64,000 nt of DNA from Felis catus (lineage: Eukaryota). The position numbers were made by a program, and so were the translations under genes. Positions 47,976 through 59,347 of the stretch are shown piece by piece. Below the pieces are notes generated by a model. It was given only the letters and a program-made list of their open reading frames with translations, was not told the origin of the DNA and did not search any database. The stretch is from the NCBI RefSeq assembly GCF_018350175.1, contig NC_058368.1, positions 8,618,001 through 8,682,000 on the forward strand, written 5' to 3'. The stretch's first letter is position 1; the number at the start of each line of letters is the position of its first letter.

Positions 47976-50808
47976 AAGAGACAGGCTGGAAAGTATCATT
48001 TTGTTGAGCTAATATCATTTTCAATTATATCAACTGGCACTGAGTGTATCTATTATGACAAATTTATTTGATGTTTATATTAATTAGCAAATGTTGAAAG
48101 AAGCCAAAACACCTTCTAAATCCCAGAAAATGGACAGGAGGGTTTATTCTGAACATTATCTGAATATTTTTTGTTACACAAATCACTGTCCTTGACTTTA
48201 GGTCACTAAACAAGAAACTGCTGACTTTCCAAACCCCAGAGCCCTAGAATACGACTTGTGCATATTGTGGACGTTGATGACCTTTTAGACTTCAGCTAAG
48301 TGCTGCATGTATGGGCGCTTAGAAAAGGACCTTGTTCCATAGCCCCTCAATAAATAATGTTAGATGATGCTCTGTTCTTATAAAAAGCTTTGGCTTTGAC
48401 AGTCCAACAGCCAGTGTGTTCTTTTGTGCATTCTGTCCCTCAGCACTCTTTCAAGGAACATAATTGCCCTTCGCTTTTCATCCTATAGTTGAAGAGGTTA
48501 AATAACCTATCAGTACATAGGCAGTGCCAGGGCAAGGGTAGGAATTCACAATTCAGAAATCTCTGCGTGTGCCTTTGCTTACTTCATTTTACCCACGTTT
48601 ATCTGCTAATTTCCAGAACAAACAAGGAAGCCTCATTTTCAGGCAGGAAGATAGGCTAGGCATTCAGATGTAACAGAACTGACAGCCAAAATATTTTATT
48701 TCCAGGCTTGTGAACAAATTGCCCCTTCTTCATTCCTCCCTAAATCTTTATTACCGTTATTCCTGGATCACTACATTAAAGTTCAAAGCAGGAGGAGGAA
48801 TTCAAGCTGGGAAATCCTGATTCTGCAATTGAAGCCTTGCCTCGGGGGGACAATGCTTATGTTTTACATACACCATCACACGCATTTGGCTCTTCTCATT
48901 TGATTAATCCATGTGTGTATGTGAAAAGAATATGTTGTATCGTCAGTATCATTTCTAGGTCACGCGCATGTCAATCCTGCCCTGATCCTAGCAGCTCGAA
49001 CATACATATATGGAGTACTCACCAATGAGGTGACTTTCCTGTTAGGCTTGTGATGTGTCTGCCCAAAGCTTTTGACAGGACAGCTGCCTCGGTTCTGATT
49101 CTGTGCCCCAGGCTTGTTGGCGGGGGCTGGGGGGTGGGGGCAGGGAGGGAAACAGCAGATGAAATCCAAAGTGGACCTCGCTAATTCTCATGAAATTGCA
49201 TGGATGTCAAAGAGAAGGAAGTATATTGCTTGGCATTTTCTAAAAGCGAGCTTTCATAGTAAAGTGGAATATTAACCCGAGGATGGGGTGTTTCATAGGT
49301 CCTCTAGTAAAACGTCCTTCTATTTCACAGGGAAAAAGTGAAGCACGTAGAAAGCGTATGTACCTCTACATTAACAGTTTCTTGGCATTTGAAAGTAAAA
49401 TAAATAGTCTTGAGTGTGTGATTCATCCTTTCGTATTGGATATTGGAATATAAGAGGCAGTACTTGGCAGCCGTGAGCTTCTGCCTCCTAGAACCATAAG
49501 ACAGGCTTTTGATTTATACGTATGTCAGAAGTGTTAGTAAAATAGCTGCGCATTGTTTACAGGAGACTATGCTGGGGCTGGGGCTGGGGCAGAATTATAG
49601 ATCGATAACGTGTGCATGTTTTATGCATAAAAATACAATTGCATGTTCTGCAATTAGACACATTCCTCATTTTTTCTACTTCTTCACTGTATACGTATTT
49701 AATTTTCTGTTATCCTCCTGCACTTTGGCAAGGAGTTGAGGATCTTTCCATCCGTTTCTCATGCGCTGACCATCACAAGGACTGTCCAGCCAAATCTGCG
49801 GGAAGTAAAGGTGATGCTAAGCAGGTTGCGGACACGCCCAGAACAAAGATCAGACATACTGTATATGGCTTTCATATTGCCTCGCCTTTCATTTGTAGCT
49901 AAATCCTCCAAGCCTGTCAACTCTGAACATTTTCCTGCCAGGAGACCGCTGGACCTTTCATTGCGAGGGGCGTGTCGATATATTAGCAAAGGTAGAAAGG
50001 GGAGCCAACGCAGTGATTGGGGAAAGCATGGAGAAACATGGAAAGGCTTGATACAAACTGCCTTTAGAAATGAGAACCGTGAGGGAGAGACAGATAGCCT
50101 TGGGGAGGAAGATGGTGCGAGGGGATACTAGATGCTAGGGTGCATGAGGAGACCAACTAATTTAGAAAAGGCTGAGGAAAACCTACAAGAACGCAATGAA
50201 CCTGAGAAGAGAACAACGTAGGGTAATGAGAGCTTCCAAAATACAAGGGAGTTTGCGTGATGACTTTACTACTCTTATCACTGTTAGTGTTTTATGAACT
50301 CTGCCTAAATGGGACTGACACCCTGACACAAAATTGAGCCCTGCTGAATTAGAGCTGAATCTCCACTCGAGGTTCATCAGTCCCATGCTGCTAGTGATCG
50401 TTCCAGAAAAAACTCTGGGGCTGAACTTTTTCAATCAAAGGACAGAATGTATGTAGAAATGCCTTGTCTATCAAGCTGAGGACAAATATTAGTAATTTTA
50501 AGTTCATTTCCAACAGAGTTCACCAATGTGGTTTCCTCGATGCCCCTGAACCCGGAGGTCTCCCAAATGGGGCTGGGCATTTGCTCTCAGGTCCTGGTGG
50601 GTCTTGTGGGGCTCTCAGCTCACGTTAGGGCTAACAGGCAGCTTGGAGAAATGCTGAAGACCCCAGTTTTCCCTCCAGCCCCCAGACGATGGGGGGATGT
50701 TCTCCTTCTCATTAAGTGTGTGTCTTTTGTTTTGTTGTTCAATTAGAGTAGTTCTTTGAAACGGCTTTCTCTATTTAGAGGCCATTGGTTTAAAAAAAAA
50801 TCTTTCTT

Positions 50809-51013
50809 GGGGCGCCTGGGTGGCTCAGTCAGTTAAGTGTCTGACTTCGGCTCAGGTCATGATCTCGCGGTCCATGAGTTCGAGCCCCGCGTCAGGCTCT
50901 GTGCTGACGGCTCAGAGCCTGGAGCCTGTTTCAGATTCTGTGTCTCCCTCTCTCTCTGCCCCTCCCCTGTTCATGCTCTGTCTCTCTCTGTCTCAAAAAT
51001 AAATAAACGTTAA
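50809..51013 (+). mobile_element. Felid CanSINE
   Basis: TSD AAAAAAAAATCTTTCT on both sides. Confidence 0.96.
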
Positions 51014-51584
51014 AAAAAAAAATCTTTCTAAAGCGTGGCAGTTCTCCCAGGCTTGGACTGGAAGGGAGAAAGATTACTATTTTACTAGTCTTTATATCAA
51101 GAGATAAGATGTTCGGTGACTGGTGGTTTGACTCTTAGAAATGTGCTTTCCAATTTCCTCTTGTCCATATGTAAATGGTGGGTCATTGTGCATATTCTTA
51201 CTAGGATAATTTGGTGACACAGGATTTTCATTTCACTGGAAGGCTTGTGGTGGGGGGGAGGGGCGGGTGGTTTCTAGGTATTTAGATTTTCTAGTTAACA
51301 TAGAGCCAAAGGACTCTTTTTTTGTTCAGAGTCAAAAACCTTTCTGCAGTGTTTCATTGTACTCTTTAAATGTAGAACATTGAGTACAATTAAATCTTAA
51401 CTTAGTGAATAAGAACCTTGCAGGACGTAAGGGTACTTATTCTCAATACCAGTAGACTTTGTGTGCTATTTACATAGAAAGCTCAGGTGATTAGGCTGAA
51501 AAAGGATTTGTATTAGACCTTCCTTTTTTGAGTGAGCAGTGATAGACTTATGTGATGGGAGGGGCAGAGAAGGTATATGGGTTA

Positions 51585-52072
51585 TGTCAGGATTCGGTAT
51601 GTCTGCATGTGACACAAAATCCATTATAATGAGGGCTCAAACTAGATAGAATTTTTAACTAATGTAAAAGGGATCTAGAGACATCTGGGAGGCCTGACTG
51701 GCTGGTGTTAGAAACCCAATCTCCTTCTACTATATTTCTTTGCCAACTTCAGTTCAGTGCTTCTACCTCATGGTCCAAGATGGCTGCCTGACCCCTAGTC
51801 ATTATGGCAGCATTCCAGTTAGTAGGAAGGAAGATAAGTCAGACATGCTCTAGTCCCTTTCTTTTAATAGCAGTTTCCAAAAGATGCACACCACAGTTCC
51901 ATTTACATTTCATGGATCAGAATTTAGCCACTTGGTCCTACTTAGCTGCAAGGGGGACTGAGAAATATCCTCTTTCTTCTAGATGGCGATGTGCCACACT
52001 AAAATTATGGAGATATATTACTAAGTGGAAGGAGAAAATGCACGTGGAGAAGGAGCCAGCAGTCTCTGCCAT
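51585..52072 (-). mobile_element. MLT1J-like MaLR solo LTR
   Basis: CTCATGGTCCAAGATGGCTGC, TAGCTGCAAGGG..CTGAGAAAT and AGCAGTCTCTGCCA blocks. Confidence 0.75.
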
Positions 52073-52109
52073 GCCATGAGGTTTGGAGACAAAGGATGAT
52101 TTGGGGGGT

Positions 52110-52300
52110 CATGAGAACACCACCTAGTAGGTCTAGTAGGAATCTGTGTCTAGAATCTCATGACTGCTTTGCTATTGACTCCCTGCGTGACACTGGCAGG
52201 CCAATTCACTTTACTGAGCCTTAGTTCTGTCATTTTTGAAGTTTACGTGCAGAACCCAATGATCTCTGAGGTCACTTCCCCCTCAGACATGCCATATTCT
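52110..52300 (+). mobile_element. MIR3/MIRc-like
   Basis: GCGTGAC..GGC, CTGAGCCTTAGTT..CAT and ATGATCTCTGAGGTCACTTCC. Confidence 0.55.
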
Positions 52301-52649
52301 ATCTTCCAGAAAGTGGTCTGTCAAAACGAGACAAAAATGATTCGTGACTTCAGTTATTTAGGGTCCAATACATCGAGGATTTACGATTATCCATGTAAGT
52401 GCACTTTGGCCTGTGAAGAGAAAAGTCACCCAGTAAATTGAAGCATTTAATAAACTGAATAAAACGGTGTAATGAATTAAAGGATTAGTCAGACCTGATA
52501 TTTCATGGAGAATTAAATGTTGGCGATGTCCACTTCACTGTCTTCTTCAATTTAGGATTCTTGGCTCTGACTGAAATTAGCATTATAATTTATTATAATA
52601 AGATTCAATTGCACACTGAAGCTTGAAAAAAGAGCCCTAGGCAATGGGA

Positions 52650-53100
52650 TTGTTTATCTCAACAAAAATTTGAGCATCTACCAAATATCAGGCACTGTAT
52701 TAGGGCCAAAGAGACATTTCCAGGCTAGTGTGGGGTCACAGACAAGCACAAAAATCACATTAAGGTGTGATCCAGGCAGCGATTAGAGAATGTACACAGG
52801 GAAGAAAAATGGAGCACAACTGAGTTCAGATCAGAACAGGCTGTTTGTGGGCCATCTAAATGAAAATACGCAGCAGGCAAGTGGATATGTAAGCGGAGAA
52901 CGGGGTCACGTTCCGGGTAAATATGTAGACGTAGAAGCCATTGCTGTGTAAGTTGTGGGAATGTCCGAGCCCCAGGAAGACGGCCTAGATGGGGGAATTG
53001 GGATGCCAACATTTAGGGTAGAGAAGAAGCAGGGTAGAGAGTTGAGGAGGGCTGGCAGGGAGGTGGGAATTCAGGAGATGAACACTTTGTAGACTTCAGG
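52650..53100 (-). mobile_element. Degenerate L2
   Basis: CAACAAAAATTTGAGCATCTAC..ATCAGGCACTGTATTAGG, and GTGGATAT...GGGCCTAG-type internal blocks. Confidence 0.55.
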
Positions 53101-53576
53101 GTGAAGTGCCTCCACCAGGAGCCGCCCGTGCATGTTTGTGTGTGTGTGCACTGTTGTTTTTGACCTCCATAAACACTGTAACGTGTCTAGTGTCTATCTG
53201 GGGCGTAGCGGCCCTTACTAAGTGTATGTTGAATGAATATATGGTGAGCAAATTAGTGCATATACATATGAGCAAGGAATAAACAGTATTCATTGGATTT
53301 AGAAATTGCAGGGTGCTGCAGTGGTGGAGGGTGGGGCAGCCATCTGGGGGTAAGTGACAAGTGGTCAGGGTTTGAGAGTAGGATTGGCATGATCACACTC
53401 TTCTGCTAGGAGAAAGGAAGGCAGGAGGTTTGAGGACCACATCCGAAAGAGCATGTTAAGACATGAAGCCTGTGTGTGTTTAGAGCCTGAGGGGGAGGAA
53501 GAGGAGAGAGCTGTGTCTGAACTCAGAACCGTGGTGGTCTAGAAGCAGGAGGCAGCTTAGATGATACGAGTTGGAG

Positions 53577-53738
53577 TAGGACCAGCCTGGTGGGGTTACA
53601 CCCATGCAGCTACGCAGAGCCCTGTATTTAGAAGGTTGTCCTGCTTGGTTCAGTGTCCTGTTCTCACCATCTTGGAATTTTTAATAATGTTTAAACAAGG
53701 GGGCTTGCACAGGGCTTGCAAATTACATCACAGTCACA
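53577..53738. mobile_element. MER45A-like (hAT-Tip100)
   Basis: TGCTTGGTT..CCATCTTGGAATTTTTAATAATGTTTAAACAAGGGG..TTGCAC.GGGC..GCAAATTA. Confidence 0.7.
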
Positions 53739-54151
53739 GAGCATATAGATTACCGGATGACATTCTTTCGTTCATTCTTCCATCCATGTGCCAGGCGCCC
53801 TTCTAGGCGGCTAATTCTTTTCTCTGGGACTTGCGTTGGTGGTCAAATAATTGCACCTGTTTATTTTTTTTATTATACTTTTTTCCAGTAACTTCTTTTT
53901 CTTTTCTTTGTTGAGATTTGGCATGACGCATTGAAGTCAGTATCTCTGTGTCCTCAATCTTTACTTCTCGGAGTGAGACATTCTCCTCTCAGCGTTTGTA
54001 GGTTTGCAAATAGAAAATGAGAAAGGATGCTGTTACTTAGCCATTTCCAGCCCCAGGATATGTAAGTAAGTAAGTAAGCCAGAAGGGTTTGTTGGCTTGA
54101 ATTCTCCAATTACTTGCTTCAAGTTTAGAGTTTATTTTGTTTTCTCTGTAG

Positions 54152-54160
54152 GCCTTACAG
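54152..54160 (+). other. Candidate 9-nt microexon or recursive splice site (GCCTTACAG)
   Basis: TTATTTTGTTTTTCTCTGTAG|GCCTTACAG|GTTAGT. Splice signals only, no transcript evidence. Confidence 0.3.
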
Positions 54161-57100
54161 GTTAGTGGTCTTAACGAAATAAATAAAATTTGGAAAGTAA
54201 GTAAAATTCGGAAACCTGTGTGACACTAAATATTTAGGTATTGTGTTTTACCTCTCATTTTAATTTCTATATTTGCTTATAAAGCTCCAGTTTTTGGTCT
54301 GTTTCCTGGCTATCTATACTTTTCATACATGAGTGGAAAGGCTTAGCAGTCTGAGATATCAGGGCCTTTGGTACTGTGCTAAACATCTTCCATTTCCTTG
54401 GGGGTGTGGGGGGAATATAGCTCAGGGTGAATGATTAGAATGGAAATAGCATATTGATTCTCTCCTAGGGAAGGTCAAGATGATGAATTATTCGAAACCT
54501 TCTGAGAAAATTATGAGTGCGTAGGTAGTACATCCAAAGGGATTATATTGCTCTTCTCACTTTTATTTTGTGCCTCAAATAAACTTCTGTTTTAAAAAGA
54601 GCCCCCCCTTTGTTTATTTTATTTCCTGAAATTAAAATTGCAAAACCACATCATTAGTGTGGATTCCCCTCTGGTAGCCTCTAACACCTAAACTCAGATT
54701 TTAACTGAGATGTTTTTAATCTTGCCTTCCTATGTGGATATTTAGATGATACTTCCTTGTTTTCTTAAGGGAATACAGACTTCTGTCCTCCTTTCCCTCT
54801 GAGACATGTTGTACTCGGTGACGTTGGGCCAGCAAAGGTGGCCTGGTTTCATTTGATTTCATGCTGACTTGAAACAACATGCCTACGAGTTATCACACCC
54901 TCATTCCCCCTTAAATCAGCTTTTCTTTACTTTATGGGCAAGTGCGCTTCGTTGATCCCAGATGTTTCCATGCTACCTAGACATGCAACCATATGCCTCC
55001 CCCATTTATTTTGCATAATGTGACATAGTGCATGTTTGGGTGCACTCTTAATGTGTGCTGTTTACCTCTGAGATGATCAAGAAACCAATTTCCTGATGAC
55101 AAAAGAAAAGAGGGTCCCATGGTAGCTTGCACATTTCTATTTACTGTTTTACCCTTGAGAAATCCTTCACTGTTGAAGCCTCGACGTTTAAAAAAGCCAG
55201 TGAGCCATCAGAACCACAACAGCGGCTTGTATGCTCTATTCATTAGTGTTTGTCATGGTTGTCCATATTGAATTATGGAATTTGAAAGTATTTCTTTCCA
55301 TGGAACAGGGTTGGATTTGCACTGTAGAAATGAGTGATACATGAATCACAGATTAGCCAAACTTCATTCTGTTTTGCATTCTAAAATTACCCTGAGTTTG
55401 CCTAATAAACGTATTGCCCTTCATTGATTAAGGACTTGTTCCCTAATTTGTTTTGCAGCAAATCACCGTTTTCTCATACCACCCAGTGGTCATGTGGACG
55501 AGAATTTCCCCTCTGCATGGTATCGCAGAACTTGGGTGGAATGATTCGAAGGAATTGTTCCTTTGTCTCAGTGAGGCAAATGGTGATTATTTATGGTCAG
55601 TGTTTCATGAAAATTAAGTTCCCTAAGATTTATGTTTTCTAAGTGTTAACTATTTGCAGAGTAAATGTAAAATGCTGAACTGTGACTGGCCAGTGTCTTT
55701 CTAGCACTTAAATTAGAGCAGCCCAGTACTCCTTTTGCTGACAATCATTCAACCTCCTCGTGCCTCAATTATATTTTCAGTCAATAACATGTTCATAAAT
55801 CAAATGGATAGTTTCAATCTTAGTGGAATATGTAAGTCGTATATATATCCAGGACCTGAGAATCAGACTTTTCATATTCTTAACATATCCTTGTTTAATT
55901 CTGTTCTTAACAAATTTACCTTCTTATATTGTAAGCTGTAAACAATTTAAAACATAAATATTGACACGGAAGTCCAATGTTATTTGTATGTTACAAACAT
56001 AAAGCTTAATTTTTTCTTTGAATAAAAAAGGCATATTATAAGAATATGCCTCTTATTTTTGGAATGGGAACACTAATGGGCAGTGAAACATAAATATTTA
56101 TGGATAATTATAAAGGAAAGGTTTGATTCTGCCTTCCCCCAGGGAGGTGGATTTGCTGTCCCTTCCTTCATAATTATAGTCATTTCCATTTGAAACTTCC
56201 ATAGGCAGTAACAGAAGAGAAAATGACAATATTTCATTGCAATAGCCATTAGACAGTGTATGTTCTCCACTTGATATGTATGCTGGGAAAAAAAAAATTG
56301 CTTTAGGATGGTAACAAAGAAAGCAGCCTGTGTAGATATCTGTCGTTGCTGCTTTGTGCAGACGTCGATGACTTTGGGAGGTGGGGTGGCATTAGAGGGT
56401 TACGATATTTCTAGTGTTTTATGAGATTGCTGGATATATTGAACTCGCTAATGATGGTCTTCGAACAAGACAATAGGGTGTTGCTAACAGAAATAGACCT
56501 TTGGCTTTATGTGCACGTGACCAACAAATGCTTTCTGCGAGTACAAAGCTCGATTACGCAGGGTCTCAATAATACGCTTTACGTATTTTTTTCCTTGAAA
56601 CTTACAACAAAGACTTGGTTGCATCCTGTTGTGGCTGATGAGTATTTGTTTAATATCATACATATTTTTAGTTTATAACTTATGTAAACTTTAAAATTCA
56701 ATTGTAACAGAGACAGATTGGCCTTTTTTACCCAAAGCCACATGTGTTTATATATTCCCTTTATATATTTAATGGGTTTGAAATTTACAGTCCCAACTTG
56801 GTCATAAAGAAAGTCATATTTTTCTTCATTTTTCTATAGCTGAACTCAGCTCGGTCATGAACCACCATTTATGCGGATAACACAGAATATGATTTTGTAA
56901 CTTCAAGTAGCTCTTTTTTGCAGGTTGAAAATATTGTCTTTTGGATAATACTCAATTCATTCAGTTTTTTCTCTCCCTTTTTTTTTTTTTTTTTTTTTTT
57001 GCAGTGCAGATTTAAAAGTCTTTGACTATACTGCTTTTTCCTCTAAAAGTTTTTCTTCCAGGTGCCCCCTGCCCTATTGGCACCTGGCTAGAGGAGTGGG

Positions 57101-57579
57101 TTATGTGGCATCATGATGGAAGGCAAAAGTGTCTGGCTTACGTTCTGACCTCCAGGACTTACCGCAGTGAATAGTCTTGTCTTGCTTGGTGTTTCATATC
57201 AGCATTTATCGTCGGAACATCCCCCACTGTGGCATCCATTCTCCATTCTCTTGGTGCAAGTGGTACACAGTGCTGCTCCCAGGGCTTGACCAGCTCTCTA
57301 GGTTGGCCGGACCATCTCTGTATCGTGGCTTTCGTTGTCACCACTGCTGCCCTGAGACCCTCCATTCGCATACCTGTATCATGGCTGTTGGCAGGCATGG
57401 TGACTTCTTACTCTCACCTGTCTCCTGTTTACCTTAGAGAGATTGTAGAAAGATTTTTCAGATTTCTTCCATGCCCCAATACATTGGCATTTGGCTGTGG
57501 GTCATCTCCCCCAGTGATTGGCCCCAATATCATCCCTCTCTCCTTATGGCCACCATGTTGGGACAGGGAGCAAGTGTGA

Positions 57580-57800
57580 GGGGAAAATCAGAAGTCCACT
57601 TTTAAACATCTTACATTTGGGATGCCTAGTAGACATACTGGTGGAGTAGGCAATTGAATATACAAGTCTAGAATGTAGGAGAGAGGTCTGGGCTAGAGAT
57701 CAGAATTCAGAAGTCATTAGCCTTTAAGTCATTCTTCCAGGTAAGAGACTGGATGAGATCACAAGGAGACTAAGTGTAGATAGAAAAGGGAAGAGATGGA
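57580..57800 (-). mobile_element. L2 internal fragment
   Basis: GGATGCCT..AGACAT..GTGGAG..GGCAATTGAATATACAAGTCTAGA..GAGAGGTCTGGGCTAGAGAT..GACTGGATGAGATCAC. Confidence 0.75.
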
Positions 57801-58824
57801 CTCATTAAAAGGAGGGGAAAAAACTGAGAAGCTACTGTAAATAATAATCATAATTTAAAGAAAATCATTATAGGCTGAATAGCTGGGTGGGATGTTAAAT
57901 TCTCATTCTTGGAAATTATAGGAAATAGATCTAACAGGGCAGCCATTTGTCCTTACCCAGGCTTCACTGACTGATCTCAGGACTTTTTCCTACAGGGCCT
58001 GGAATCTTCTACTACTCTACACACCGCTTTCAATTAATTGAAATTGGCACTTACAATGAAAGTTATTTGCCGACTCTGAAATAGATTCTAGAGTGGGAAG
58101 AACAGCAATTGGTTTAAATTAAAAAGTAAACCTCTTTCCTTCCTGGAGATTTTTGGTCCTAAGACACTTTAAAACACCCAACCATAACCCACAGACTGGA
58201 ATGGGTCCTTGTTAGTCTAAGATTTAATCAGTATGGTTCTGGTCACAAGACTGCCTATGGCATCATAGAGAATCCCCAATGTGTGCTCAGAAAAGGACCC
58301 TAAGATACATCAATGGAAGGATCTAGAGGCAAGGGGACCTTCAACCATGATCTCCCAGAATCTTTTAAATCCTCTTACACACTGCTTTCTTTCCATTCTT
58401 TCTGGAACTAAAAGAGATCCAGAGCCTTGAACGTGACAGTGAATCCTCTAGGATCCAGTCTTGGCAACACATAAAAGGTCTGAGTCTTAGAGCTGTATTC
58501 TTATCTGGAGAGTCCAGATGGTAGGCTGTGGTCCTTCATTTGAGAGCACATTCTAATCACTTGGTTTGCTTTATATTTATAGAACTGTACAATGAACTAT
58601 GGGACATTTGGTTTATGGGTCAAACTACACTGAATGCTGAGCAACATAAATCCTATAGAATTTTAAATTAACTTGGCTAAAACATTTATATCTATGAAAT
58701 TCAAACTTGTTAAATTTTGTTCCCTTGCCAACTTCTGTTTGGTGATGCCCACCCAAATGATCATATTGCTTAAATTCTTTTCCAAAGTAGGATAATTGTG
58801 ATTAATTTTTAAAAAAATCATCTA

Positions 58825-59078
58825 GAGGTGCCTGGGTGGCTCAGTCGGTTAAGCGGCCGACTTCGGCTCAGGTCATGATCTCACGGTCTGTGAGTTCGAG
58901 CCCCGCGCCGGGCTCTGTGCTGACAGCTCAGAGCCTGGAGCCTGTTTCAGATTCTGTGTCTCCCTCTCTCTGACCCTCCCCCATTCATGTTCTGTCTCTC
59001 TCTGTCTCAAAAATAAATAAACATTAAAAATAAAATAAAATAAAATAAAATAAAATAAAATAAAATAAAATAAAATAA
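58825..59078 (+). mobile_element. Felid CanSINE with (TAAAA)n tail
   Basis: Full copy, tail of about 10 TAAAA units, TSD ending ATCATCTA. Confidence 0.96.
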
Positions 59079-59156
59079 AATATCATCTAAAAATTCTTGA
59101 ACGCTCAGATATTCTAAGAATTGCAAAACTAGAGTTAGAAAATTATTGTGTAAAAG

Positions 59157-59347
59157 CAAGGTTTTTAAAGCTTGGTGCTATTGACTATTGCTGTGGGGCA
59201 TTGCCCTGTGTATTGTAGGATTGTTAACAATATCCCTAGCCTCCACCCTCCAAGGGCTAGTGTTACCTTTACCCCAGGTTTGACAGTGGAAAATATCTCC
59301 AGACATTGCCCTGCAAAGCAAAATCATTTCTAGTTGAGAACCACTGG
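59157..59347. mobile_element. MER20 (hAT-Charlie)
   Basis: GCTATTGAC..TGCTGTGGGG..CCTGTGTATTGTAGGAT...AAAATATCTCCAGACATTGCC...GTTGAGAACCACTG. Confidence 0.85.

Noticed and set aside
54152..54160. Assigning the microexon to a collagen gene (split-Gly Gly-Leu-Thr triplet)
   Set aside because: No other Gly-X-Y exons are visible in 64 kb, so no gene symbol is supportable.
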